Of a stretch of 64,000 nucleotides of DNA, positions 47,480 to 56,439 are shown piece by piece. The number at the start of each line of letters is the position of its first letter. The first letter of the stretch is position 1. Source of the DNA: an uncultured bacterium (GTDB lineage Bacteria > Verrucomicrobiota > Verrucomicrobiia > Verrucomicrobiales > DEV007); contig CAXBMO010000001.1 in assembly GCA_963977015.1 (NCBI GenBank), positions 224,001-288,000 of the forward strand. Reading direction: 5' to 3'. A program made the position numbers and the translations under genes. Under the pieces are notes generated by a model, which was given only the letters and a program-made list of their open reading frames with translations, made no database searches and had not been told where the DNA came from.

Positions 47480-49402
47480 ATGTCGACTCATCTCAATCGC
47501 GTAGCTGTTTCCTCCGGGAATCGTACGCAATTGCGGATGCTCGACCAGTATTTGGAGACCAACGGGCTGGGGGGCTACTCCTGCGGGACGTTGAGCGGCA
47601 TTCGCCAGTGGCCTTCGCAGGGAATGGTCGTGGTCGCCAAAAAGCCACCCATCGATCGCTACGTCTTGATCAACGGTTTTGACGTGACCGTCGAATTTGG
47701 CGAGGAGAAGGTTCCGATCACCACCAATCGCTACAAGGGGGATCGCTTTGAGCCTGATGCCCGCAAGCGGTTGCTCCAGTTTGAGAGCAAACCGTGGCCC
47801 TGCTGGACCTACGATCTTGGCCACAACCGCGCCATTCAGTTTGAGATCATGGCGCGGCATGGAACCAACCAATTTGTCTTTTCCTGGCACCTCGAAGTTT
47901 CCAATGAGCCCGCCCTGCTTCGCGTGAAGCCGCTCCTTTCCGGGCGCCCCATGAACTCGACCCGGAACGAGTCCAAAAAAATGGAACTGCGCCCGGAGCG
48001 CCCCTCTCCCCGCCAGTTTGTCTGGAAACTGAGAGCCGGTGCTCCTGCCCTGTCCCTCCTGTCTGACGGCGACTTCTTCGAGCGTGGTCGCTGGGTTCGG
48101 GACCTCGTCTACGACAATCACAGTACTGAAGACCTAGCCTGCCCGGGGGAGTTCCGCTGGGAACTGGGTGTTAAACAGCGCGCCCAAATCATCGCCTGCA
48201 CGGCCGAGGAAATGGAGGAGAATCCGCGCACCGCCAATGAAGTCGCGCACCTGGCCAACAAGCTTCGCAACGCCGAGCGCACCCGTCGCAAGCTCTTCCG
48301 CTCGGAACTCGACCGCGCCGCCGACCAATACATTGTGGAAGGAGCCGACGGAAGAACGCTGCTTTCCGGTTTCCCGCGCGGCACCGAGATGGGCGCACGC
48401 GCCATGATCGCGATTCGCGGCATCTGCCTCAGCCCCGGCCGACTCGATGTCGCCAGCCGCGTGCTCGAAACCTGGAGAGGCCGTGTCGCCACCGGCATGT
48501 TGCCCAGCGAGATCTCCGAGCACCGCCTCAACCCCACCTACTCCTCGCCCGAACCTTCCCTTTGGTACATCGTCGCAGCTTACGAATACTTTCGCGCTTC
48601 CTACCGCCAAGGCCGCCTCTTGCGGGAGGAGGAACGGACAGAAATCGAAGAGAGCATCAACCAGATCCTCGGATCCTTTTCTGATCGGCGGCACAAGGAA
48701 GCCTTCATGGACGAGGACGGCCTGCTCGCCGAATCCAGGCTCACCTCCCGCCGCGAGCGCGAGGGCGAAGTCGTCAAACGCGTTCAGGTTCAGGCCCTCT
48801 GGATCACCGCGTTGTGGATTGGCGCCCGGCTCGACAAGCGATGGAATGAGGGGTTCGAAATGGCCCGCGATGAATTTGATCGCGCCTTCTGGTTTGAGGA
48901 AAAAGGCTACCTCTACAAATCGATCATCCGCTCGCCCAACAAATCCATTCAACGGGTCCAGAGCATCAGCATGGAGCAAATTCTCGCTGTTGGCGGACTC
49001 CCCTTCGTCTGTGTCGACGAAGGCAAAGCCAGCCTCATCGTCAACGCCCTCGAAGAGCGCTACGCCACGCCGGACGACGTCAAAATGGCCACCTCTTTCC
49101 CCTGGCTCTTCGGCCCCTTCGTCGAGGCCTGGTATCGCGTTCGTCACCGTGAACCCAATGCGCTCCAGGAGGCCAAAATGCGCTTCATCGACCCCTGGGA
49201 AGCCCACCTCAAATTCGGTGGCCTCAACCACCTGCCGGAGAATCAGCCCTTCGTTGCCCGCGGCACCGTCCCCACCAATATCAAGCAGGCCTCCTTCAGT
49301 GCGATCGAGACCTCCGAGCTCCTCCGCATCCTCCACATGCCCGATCTCCAGCGGAACAAGGCTCCATTCGAGGATCGCCGGAACCAGCCGCTCCACCGGT
49401 AG
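47480..49402 (+). CDS. Glycogen debranching enzyme / amylo-alpha-1,6-glucosidase family protein with degenerate active-site motifs
   Basis: GDE N-terminal domain (YLETNGLGGYSCGT) and C-terminal framework (AADQYIV, GMLP, SLWYIVA, QALW, PWLFGPF, LNHLPE), but WGRD, TWMD and YHQG are missing. Confidence 0.82.
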   Translation: MSTHLNRVAVSSGNRTQLRMLDQYLETNGLGGYSCGTLSGIRQWPSQGMVVVAKKPPIDRYVLINGFDVTVEFGEEKVPITTNRYKGDRFEPDARKRLLQFESKPWPCWTYDLGHNRAIQFEIMARHGTNQFVFSWHLEVSNEPALLRVKPLLSGRPMNSTRNESKKMELRPERPSPRQFVWKLRAGAPALSLLSDGDFFERGRWVRDLVYDNHSTEDLACPGEFRWELGVKQRAQIIACTAEEMEENPRTANEVAHLANKLRNAERTRRKLFRSELDRAADQYIVEGADGRTLLSGFPRGTEMGARAMIAIRGICLSPGRLDVASRVLETWRGRVATGMLPSEISEHRLNPTYSSPEPSLWYIVAAYEYFRASYRQGRLLREEERTEIEESINQILGSFSDRRHKEAFMDEDGLLAESRLTSRREREGEVVKRVQVQALWITALWIGARLDKRWNEGFEMARDEFDRAFWFEEKGYLYKSIIRSPNKSIQRVQSISMEQILAVGGLPFVCVDEGKASLIVNALEERYATPDDVKMATSFPWLFGPFVEAWYRVRHREPNALQEAKMRFIDPWEAHLKFGGLNHLPENQPFVARGTVPTNIKQASFSAIETSELLRILHMPDLQRNKAPFEDRRNQPLHR

Positions 49403-49661
49403 GGAACGCGGGAGGGCAAATCAATGCTTCGCAGGCACTTGCCGTTTCAGGCGTGGCTTCGTATCACCCTTTTTTTGCATCACTTGTGCCAGTTTCGGAA
49501 AGAACGCGCTGTATGCACCCAAATATTGAAGATATGGAATCATTGGCGTTGGTGGCGGGGTTTCGGATTAGAGGTATTTCAGATGTGTCAGAAGGTTTCA
49601 TATTCCATTTCTTTCAAAATCGAGTTGACGTTGATCAATCCCCTCAGACAGGGGGATAGGA

Positions 49662-50000
49662 ATGAGTGAGCAAATGCCGAATGCTGAGCTGGCGATTGTT
49701 GATGTCTCAAAGCTCCGGGACTATTGCCTAAATCCTGATCATCCGAGAGGGAAACATAAGGCACGGGTGTTTCAAAGCTCTCTCAATCTAAAGCAAGAAG
49801 ATGCAGAAGCGCTCAAGGCTGAAATTTTGGCGGGTGTTTGCAATGCGCCCTGTGTTGCGGCGGGTGTAGACGAATATGGTCGACGCTATGTTGTCGATTT
49901 TTCGTTGCATTGGCTGGGCCAGGTCGCAACGATTCGAACATCCTGGATCATCAAGGAAGGGGAAGACGCTCCCCGATTGACATCCTGCTACGTGAAGTGA
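49662..50000 (+). CDS. DUF6883 domain protein (putative toxin-like nuclease)
   Basis: KLRDYCLNPDHPRGKHKARVF...DEYGRRY...TSWII...PRLTSCYV. Confidence 0.8.
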   Translation: MSEQMPNAELAIVDVSKLRDYCLNPDHPRGKHKARVFQSSLNLKQEDAEALKAEILAGVCNAPCVAAGVDEYGRRYVVDFSLHWLGQVATIRTSWIIKEGEDAPRLTSCYVK

Positions 50001-50012
50001 AACTGAGAGACG

Positions 50013-50228
50013 ATGAGAGAGCCGATCTGTGGACTTGATGTGGTCGCGTTGCTGGAGCCGATCCCCGAAGTGGGACTGGTGGTTGGCCAGGTGGGAACCG
50101 TGGTCGAAACTCTCGAGGAAGGTGTCTTTGAAGTCGAATTTAGTGATGATGAGGGGCGCACTTATGCGATGCGGGCATTGCGGGCAGATCAACTAATGCC
50201 TCTGGTCTACGCTCCCATTGCCGCGTAG
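50013..50228 (+). CDS. DUF4926 domain protein (putative antitoxin/immunity)
   Basis: LDVVALLE...GLVVGQVGTVVE...FEVEFSDDEGRTYA; small, acidic, 12 bp after DUF6883. Confidence 0.82.
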   Translation: MREPICGLDVVALLEPIPEVGLVVGQVGTVVETLEEGVFEVEFSDDEGRTYAMRALRADQLMPLVYAPIAA

Positions 50229-50346
50229 CAGAGCGTTAATGAGTCGGGAACTCGGTCGGCGGGGCAAGATTCGTTCTCGCGCGCCTCTCGTTCGGCCTAA
50301 CGAAGTGGCTTGAGTTCGTTGACGAATTGCGTGATAGGGTAGGGCA

Positions 50347-50784
50347 ATGAGCGGAGACTTGTTGGAACCAGAGGTGGGCGATGCGCTTCCGGAAAGGGAG
50401 GTGGAGTGGATCGCGTCGCGCTTGCGCGAGTTCAACGAGACCGTGACCCCGGTCGACTATCGCCCTCTTTCGGTCGTTATCAGAAATGATGCCGGGCAAA
50501 TCATTGGCGGTTTAACGGGAAAGACGTTTTGGAACTACCTCTTTGTCATCATTCTCTGGGTGGATGAAAACCATCGCGGAAGCGGTATCGGGTCGCGTCT
50601 CTTGGAGGCCGCCGAACAGGAGGCGGTGACACGAGGTTGCGGGTATGTGCAGTTGGATACCTACAGCTTCCAGGCCCTGCCATTCTACCAGCGACTCGGC
50701 TATGAAGAGTTTGGGAGGATCGATGGATTCGCCGGCGGGCACGAGCGATCTTATTTGCGGAAAGTTTTACGACCCGGTAATTAG
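50347..50784 (+). CDS. GNAT family N-acetyltransferase
   Basis: IIGGL, acetyl-CoA motif A in LWVDENHRGSGIGSRLL, and LDTYSFQALPFYQRLGY. Confidence 0.92.
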   Translation: MSGDLLEPEVGDALPEREVEWIASRLREFNETVTPVDYRPLSVVIRNDAGQIIGGLTGKTFWNYLFVIILWVDENHRGSGIGSRLLEAAEQEAVTRGCGYVQLDTYSFQALPFYQRLGYEEFGRIDGFAGGHERSYLRKVLRPGN

Positions 50785-51044
50785 TTACTGAACGGGTTGC
50801 TTACGCCGTCCACCCGAGGATTGGATACCAATCTCATGTGATTCCGATCTTCCTTGTGCAGCACATCGACGCCTCTTTCAGCAAAGAAGAGATTTTGAAA
50901 CTGTACGTGTCGATCTACGAAGAAAGGATTCGCGAAGAATTGCGGGTTCCCGGCTTTTGAGGCGAAAGAGATCTAGATTGTGAATCCGGCATTCTGCCGG
51001 ATCAGCACTGCATTCGGAATGAGTGGCATCCTGCCGGTCTCACC

Positions 51045-52196
51045 CTATCCCTGTTTGGGCCGGCGCCGCGCCGCTTCGGGCTTGGGCGTTGGTGGGCGGT
51101 CCTGGGCGAGGACGGCGGTGCCGGTTTCGTCGCAGACACGGAGCTGGAATTCCCATTGTACGGTCCAGTCGCGCTCCTGCTCATTCTGGCAACACTTGAC
51201 GAGGATCTGGTTGGTGCCTTCACGCAGATCAGCCTTCATCTTGTATTGGTCGATGCGGGCGCCGCGATGGTATTCGTCGCGACCGAAGAGGAGTTCGCCA
51301 TTGAGCCAGACTTTCCAAGCGTTTTTACCACCGAGTCGAAGCTCGACGGATTGGGCTTGGGCGGCGTTGAATTCAGTGTAGGCGTAGGCGACGACATCTT
51401 TCAGGAGGCCGTAGGGCTTGTTGAAGTCGAGTTTGCCGTATTCGTCGGTGGTGACGTAGGGTTGCCAGCTGACTTCGCCGTCTTTGCCGGGATAGGTGGC
51501 GCTGATATTGATCTCCGTTTCCGGCGGGTAGACGGTGTCGAAGCCTTCGCGTTCGGTGTTGTCGAACGGGCCGATGATGTCCCAATGCATGAGGAAGCCG
51601 AAGTGAAGCGGGAGGTCGACTTCCTGCTCTTTTTCGCGAAGCGCTTTGGCGATGGTTTGCACCTGATCGGCGTCGCGCGCGGCGGTAAGGGCCTGTCGAT
51701 AGATGAGGGTGGCGTCGCTGCCTTCGGTGCCCTTGGCTTCGTCGATGAGTCGTTCTACGGCGCGTCGGCGGAGATCAACGCTCGGGTCGTTGAGCATTCC
51801 AGGGACGAGTTTGGCGGCGGTATCAGGATTGGTGCGTTCGATCAGCTCAAAGGCGTAGCTGCGGGCCTGGGGCGCCTGGCGTGGATCGAGGAGAATGGAA
51901 CCAAGCTCGGACATCGGCAGGTTCTTCCCCGCTTTGGTCTCGCGAGCGACAATGGCGTCAACCGCTCCACGGAGGTAGTTGGCAGCGAGTGGGTTGGCGC
52001 CTTCCAATTCCGAGATGATGGCGGGAACTTGTTCCAGACTCGCGTTGCTGAGTTCTTCCCAGGCGGCTCCGGCTTCCGCATTGCCCTGACCTTCCGTTCC
52101 GACGCTGAGAATGGTGGCGATGGCTTCGTCCACTGCGGAGAACGCGTGGGTTGTGAAGCCGATGACGCAAAGAGCGGCGAGAAGAGGAGTTTTCAT
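51045..52196 (-). CDS. Secreted hypothetical protein with HEAT-like repeats and C-terminal PA14/beta-sandwich-like domain
   Basis: Signal peptide, LNDPSVDLRRRAV, WDIIGPFDN, VAYAYTEF, KVWLNG and GTNQILVK. Confidence 0.75.
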   Translation of the reverse strand: MKTPLLAALCVIGFTTHAFSAVDEAIATILSVGTEGQGNAEAGAAWEELSNASLEQVPAIISELEGANPLAANYLRGAVDAIVARETKAGKNLPMSELGSILLDPRQAPQARSYAFELIERTNPDTAAKLVPGMLNDPSVDLRRRAVERLIDEAKGTEGSDATLIYRQALTAARDADQVQTIAKALREKEQEVDLPLHFGFLMHWDIIGPFDNTEREGFDTVYPPETEINISATYPGKDGEVSWQPYVTTDEYGKLDFNKPYGLLKDVVAYAYTEFNAAQAQSVELRLGGKNAWKVWLNGELLFGRDEYHRGARIDQYKMKADLREGTNQILVKCCQNEQERDWTVQWEFQLRVCDETGTAVLAQDRPPTPKPEAARRRPKQG

Positions 52197-52246
52197 CGTG
52201 GCGAAGCGTGAAATCGGATGGGGAGACTGTCAACCTGGTTGGTGCG

Positions 52247-53050
52247 TCATTGCGTGGCGATCAGGGCGCGATAGGCAGAGGCGTAGCGTTGGCCGAGTTT
52301 GCGGTAACCGAGGGCGCTGAAGTGGACGAAATCGCCCTTGTGGGTAAGGCCGTCAGAGCGGACAAAAGCGGTGTTGGCGATGGATTTGGGGAGGTTTTGA
52401 TGGGCTTGGTCGACCATGATGCGCCAATCGTCCCAGGCCTTGTTCTCAAACCGTCCCATCTGGCCCGCGATGAAAGGAACGTCCGGATAACCCAGCTCCT
52501 GGCGGAAATTGCGGACAATCCAGTGGAGACGATCCTGATAAAGGGGCGCATTTTTGAAGTTGGAATCGGATTCGCCCTGGTGCCAGAGGATCGCCTTGAG
52601 AGTGCCGACCTTGAGCGCGGCCTTGGCGCGGGGCAACATGTCGTCCCAAGGATGCGTGTTGGTGGAAGGGTGGAAGCCGCCGGGAAGCCAAGTGTCGATG
52701 GGGGAACCGCCGACCGCGCAGGGGATGAGGCCGATCGTGATTTCCGGATTCGATTTCGCGATTTCGATGCCAAAGCTTTTGCCGAGGCCGACTCCGACGA
52801 TCGGTGGCTTGTCGAAGTGCATCGGGTCGACTGCGGGCGTCCATTCCAGCTCCTTGGTGAGCATGAGGACCCGTGGGTGCGGTTTGAGATCGACTTCGGC
52901 GATTTGGCCGCGCCCCGCCATGTTGGATTGGCCGACGAGAAGGAAGAGGTGAAAGTTTTCGCGGGCTGGAAGAGGGGGCTCCTGGGCCAGGGACGAACCA
53001 ATGCTTGAGATCAGCGCCAAGAGCGCCAGAGTTGTGCGGATTGGGGTCAT
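52247..53050 (-). CDS. Sialate O-acetylesterase / SASA (CE6-like SGNH) family, secreted
   Basis: LLVGQSNMAGRG, CAVGGS, ILWHQGESD and DxxH motif DFVHF. Confidence 0.9.
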   Translation of the reverse strand: MTPIRTTLALLALISSIGSSLAQEPPLPARENFHLFLLVGQSNMAGRGQIAEVDLKPHPRVLMLTKELEWTPAVDPMHFDKPPIVGVGLGKSFGIEIAKSNPEITIGLIPCAVGGSPIDTWLPGGFHPSTNTHPWDDMLPRAKAALKVGTLKAILWHQGESDSNFKNAPLYQDRLHWIVRNFRQELGYPDVPFIAGQMGRFENKAWDDWRIMVDQAHQNLPKSIANTAFVRSDGLTHKGDFVHFSALGYRKLGQRYASAYRALIATQ

Positions 53051-54419
53051 GATGTTTCCGTATCAGAGAATCTGGATTTTTGCAATTGTGCTGAGTCAAT
53101 CCGTTGCGGCGGAGATGGAGCCACTTGTTGTGCTTCAGGAGGAGTGTTTTCGCTGCCACAATCAGGAGAAGCGCAAAGGGGGGCTCATCATGACGAGTCG
53201 TGAGGCGTTGTTGAAGGGGGGCGACTCCGATGCGGCTCTGCTTCCCGGTAATCGCGAGCAAAGCTACCTGTATGAGTTGTTGGCCGAGGATGCAGATCCG
53301 CACATGCCGCCGAAGAAGCAACTGAGCGCGGCGGAGGTTGAGGCGATCGGTCGCTGGATTGATGAAGGCGCGAAGTGGGATGCGTCCGTATTGAAATCGG
53401 AGCGGCGGGAACCGGGAGAGATTCGATTGGGGGCTTTGCCGAAGCGTTATCGGCCGGTGTTGGATTTGGCGGTTTCGCCCGATGAACGTTTGCTGGCGGC
53501 GGCGAGGGGCGATGCGATTGAGGTGTTTGATCTTTCGAGCGAGGAACCCCAACGGGTTGTGACGCTTTTGGGCCACCGGGATGCGGTGCAGTCGCTGGCG
53601 TGGAGCCCGGACGGGAAGGCGCTGGTTTCGGGCGGGTTTCGGCGAATCCTGGTTTGGGATCCGGCCGTCTGGGAATCGGTGGCGACGTTGGAGGAAGGGA
53701 TTCGCGGGCGAGTCACCAGCCTGGCGTTTGTCGGCAGGAAACTGGTTTCGGCGGATTCGGTCCCGGGGCTTCCCGGCAATCTCCAGGTTTGGAGCCTGGA
53801 CGATTGGGCGATCGAAGAGACGATCGAGGCGCATAAAGACTCCATTTTCGATATCGCGGTGAGCCCGGATCGCCAACGCGTCGCCACGGTGAGTGCGGAC
53901 AAGCAGGTTCGGTTGTGGGATGCCTCAACCTGGAAACCCGGACCGGTTCTGGAAGCGCACACCGGTTATGTGCTAACTGCGGAGTTTAGCCCGCAGGGGG
54001 ATCGATTGGCGACGGCGGGTGACGATGAAATGATCAAGGTCTGGGATCTGGAAACGAAGAAGCAGATTCACAGCTTCACGGATCGATTGGCGACTCTGGC
54101 GGTGAACGATTTGATCTGGAGTGTCGATCCCACCAAGAAGCCGGCTGAGCCGAAGGAAGGGGACGTGGCGAAGCCGCTCGATTGGATCGTGGCGGTGACG
54201 GAGGATGGTAAGCCGCGAGCCTACACCGAATTTGTGGTGCATGACGGAACCCAGCGGAGCGGGGGCGCCAGAGCGCGAGCCTGGACAGAGAGCGATGCCT
54301 CGCTGACTTCCCTGGTTTGGCTGCCGCAACTGGGCAAAGTGATTGCGGGAGGCGCGACCGGTGCGTTGGAAATCTGGGATCAAACGGGAAAGCCGCAGGG
54401 AGCCATCGCGCTCGACTGA
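53049..54419 (+). CDS. Planctomycete-type cytochrome c domain + WD40 repeat protein
   Basis: Signal peptide, CFRCH...KGGL...HMPP...WIDEGA and WD40 repeats (GHRDAVQSLAWSPDG, AHKDSIFDIAVSPD, AHTGYVLTAEFSPQG...VWD). Start 53049 or 53052. Confidence 0.9.
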   Translation: MMFPYQRIWIFAIVLSQSVAAEMEPLVVLQEECFRCHNQEKRKGGLIMTSREALLKGGDSDAALLPGNREQSYLYELLAEDADPHMPPKKQLSAAEVEAIGRWIDEGAKWDASVLKSERREPGEIRLGALPKRYRPVLDLAVSPDERLLAAARGDAIEVFDLSSEEPQRVVTLLGHRDAVQSLAWSPDGKALVSGGFRRILVWDPAVWESVATLEEGIRGRVTSLAFVGRKLVSADSVPGLPGNLQVWSLDDWAIEETIEAHKDSIFDIAVSPDRQRVATVSADKQVRLWDASTWKPGPVLEAHTGYVLTAEFSPQGDRLATAGDDEMIKVWDLETKKQIHSFTDRLATLAVNDLIWSVDPTKKPAEPKEGDVAKPLDWIVAVTEDGKPRAYTEFVVHDGTQRSGGARARAWTESDASLTSLVWLPQLGKVIAGGATGALEIWDQTGKPQGAIALD

Positions 54420-54429
54420 GCAACGCACT

Positions 54430-55368
54430 CTACTCGAGAAGCGGCACCTTCAGGATGTTTTCGCGTTCGAGAACGACGGTCGCGGGAAGTTGATCCGGAT
54501 GCATGTGTTCAGCTTCCTCCGGAAAGAGGACCTTGATTTCCGTGAACCCGCCCTGACGCCATTGCTCTTCGCTCTTGAGCCAGTTTTTGATGAAGTTCGC
54601 AATGGAAACACGGCTCGGCTCACGTGCTTTCTGCAGGGCTTCCTCTGAGCCGGCCCGTTCCTCGAGCTTTTCCGTGATCGTCGTTTCGAGTCTTCGGCGG
54701 CCCGAGTTACTGTCGAAGTTGCGCAGCCAGCTTGAGGTTTTGATGTTCCATTCCTGCTTCCCGGAATCAAAGGCGACGGGAAGGGTCGGGCTGATCGGAG
54801 GGGCGACAACCACGCAGGTGCTGCCGACTTGAGACAGTTCCCAGCAACCATCGAGGGTGACGTGATAGCGGTAGGTGGCATTGACGTTGAGAGTGGTGTC
54901 GATTGACGAGCCTGCCACGTCCATATTGAAAACCCGCCAGTTGCGCGTGTCGGTAAACGTCTCGCGGACTTCAGCCGTGGCCGTTTCCAGTTTGCTGCTG
55001 GATTCGGGTTCCATGTGCGCGGCGATGAACGTCTGGGTGATATTCTCGTTCAGGAAGTTTTCGGAGATGTTGGCAATGCTTTGACCGAACCTCCACACGC
55101 CCTGTGCAGTGAGGTAATAAACGGCGACGACGCCGACCGTGAGGATGAGAACGCATGCGGCGATCATCCCGAAACAGCCCATCCCGCGCTTTTTCTGCTC
55201 GACGTAAACGACGTTGGGCTCGCCTTGGGAGGGATGGGGAGGTGAGGGCTGGATGGGTCCCTCGCCGGGAGGTGCTAAATCGTGGTTGCCGGACCCAACA
55301 CCGCCATTGGCTTCGGAGATCGCTCTTGCGATCGGGTTAATGGGTTCTCCGGAATCTGGGTCGGTCAT
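54430..55368 (-). CDS. Single-pass membrane protein, DUF4230-like
   Basis: Pro-rich N-terminus, KKRGMGCFG plus a TM helix, LETATAEV, and VNATYRYHVTL...W...VVAPP. Confidence 0.65.
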   Translation of the reverse strand: MTDPDSGEPINPIARAISEANGGVGSGNHDLAPPGEGPIQPSPPHPSQGEPNVVYVEQKKRGMGCFGMIAACVLILTVGVVAVYYLTAQGVWRFGQSIANISENFLNENITQTFIAAHMEPESSSKLETATAEVRETFTDTRNWRVFNMDVAGSSIDTTLNVNATYRYHVTLDGCWELSQVGSTCVVVAPPISPTLPVAFDSGKQEWNIKTSSWLRNFDSNSGRRRLETTITEKLEERAGSEEALQKAREPSRVSIANFIKNWLKSEEQWRQGGFTEIKVLFPEEAEHMHPDQLPATVVLERENILKVPLLE

Positions 55369-56297
55369 TTCTTAAAGTAAGCACGTTGTTTGGGAGAAAT
55401 CGGCAGCTGCAGCTTTTCCATCACCATCAGCATATCCTCCCAAACCTTTCGTCGCTCGGTCAGTTGTTTGTTTCTCAAAAGGTAAGATGGATGGAAGGTC
55501 ACCATGGTAGGAATACCGGATAAGTCGTGAAACTGACTTCGCATTCGCGAAACCGATCCCGAAAGACCGAGAAGTCCTTCCGCAGCAGTGCCGCCGAGGG
55601 CCACGACGACGTCGGGCTGAATGACTTCGATCTCTGTCTTCACGAACGCTACGCATGAGGCCATCTCTTCAGATGTCGGCTTGCGATTGGACTCGCCCTG
55701 GTTGGGCAATGCGGGACGAAATTTCACGATATTGCTAATGTAGACGTCTGCACGGGGAATTCCCATCGCCTCAATAATCTTCGTGAGCAATTGTCCGGCT
55801 GGCCCGACGAAGGGTTCGCGCTGGCGTTCTTCTTCCGCGCCAGGTGCTTCGCCGACGAAAACGATTCGCGCGTCCGGGTTTCCCACCGAGAAAACCATCG
55901 TATCGCGCAGGGAATCCAGCTTGCGCGCGGGTTCCCAGTTTTGGGCGCGTTGTTTGAGCCAATCCAGCTTTTCGATCTTGGTCGATCCTTCCGGAGAAAG
56001 CGTTTCGGCGGAAGGGGTGGGCGTATCGGTCTTTTTTCCCAGGTCGGGACGCTCGATTTTGGCAACGTTTCTGGGAGCTTCGTCGCGTTGTGGTTGCGAA
56101 GTTGTCGCCGCAGCTTGGGTGCGGGGAGACGTTGCGGGAGCTTGCTGGCGAGTTTGAGGTGCAGATGACGCCGCCATCGCCCGAAGTTGCTTTCGTGCAA
56201 CGGGCGTTAACCAAATGTGATCTTCGCCTTTGGCTGCCTGCTGCTGAAGCATTTCAATCAAAGCAGATGTGGCGTGTTGGATCGTATTTTGAGACAC
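55365..56297 (-). CDS. Uracil-DNA glycosylase, family 4 type
   Basis: VFVGEAPG.EE...PFVGPAGQLL, VYISNIVKFRP, NRKPT and FHPSYLLR. GTG start. Confidence 0.93.
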   Translation of the reverse strand: MSQNTIQHATSALIEMLQQQAAKGEDHIWLTPVARKQLRAMAASSAPQTRQQAPATSPRTQAAATTSQPQRDEAPRNVAKIERPDLGKKTDTPTPSAETLSPEGSTKIEKLDWLKQRAQNWEPARKLDSLRDTMVFSVGNPDARIVFVGEAPGAEEERQREPFVGPAGQLLTKIIEAMGIPRADVYISNIVKFRPALPNQGESNRKPTSEEMASCVAFVKTEIEVIQPDVVVALGGTAAEGLLGLSGSVSRMRSQFHDLSGIPTMVTFHPSYLLRNKQLTERRKVWEDMLMVMEKLQLPISPKQRAYFKK

Positions 56298-56439
56298 TCC
56301 TTAATTAAGTCGGGTTCCTAACCCTTTGGCAACTGAGGAAAGCTTCGAATCATGAGAATTATTTCGATCCTTTGTAATCGCCTTTTGGGATGATTGTGTA
56401 AAAATTCACCTGACAAAACCACCAAACCATCGTCACGAC

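Noticed and set aside
50229..50346. Possible attC site (GCCTAAC) between the small genes at 49.6-50.8 kb
   Set aside because: No properly spaced complementary GTTRRRY core, no repeated sites and no integrase nearby.
50785..50960. Short open frame (...GYQSHVIPIFLVQHIDASFSKEEILKLYVSIYEERIREELRVPGF*) after the GNAT gene
   Set aside because: Protein-like and possibly a 5'-truncated remnant, but it has no convincing start or recognisable family.
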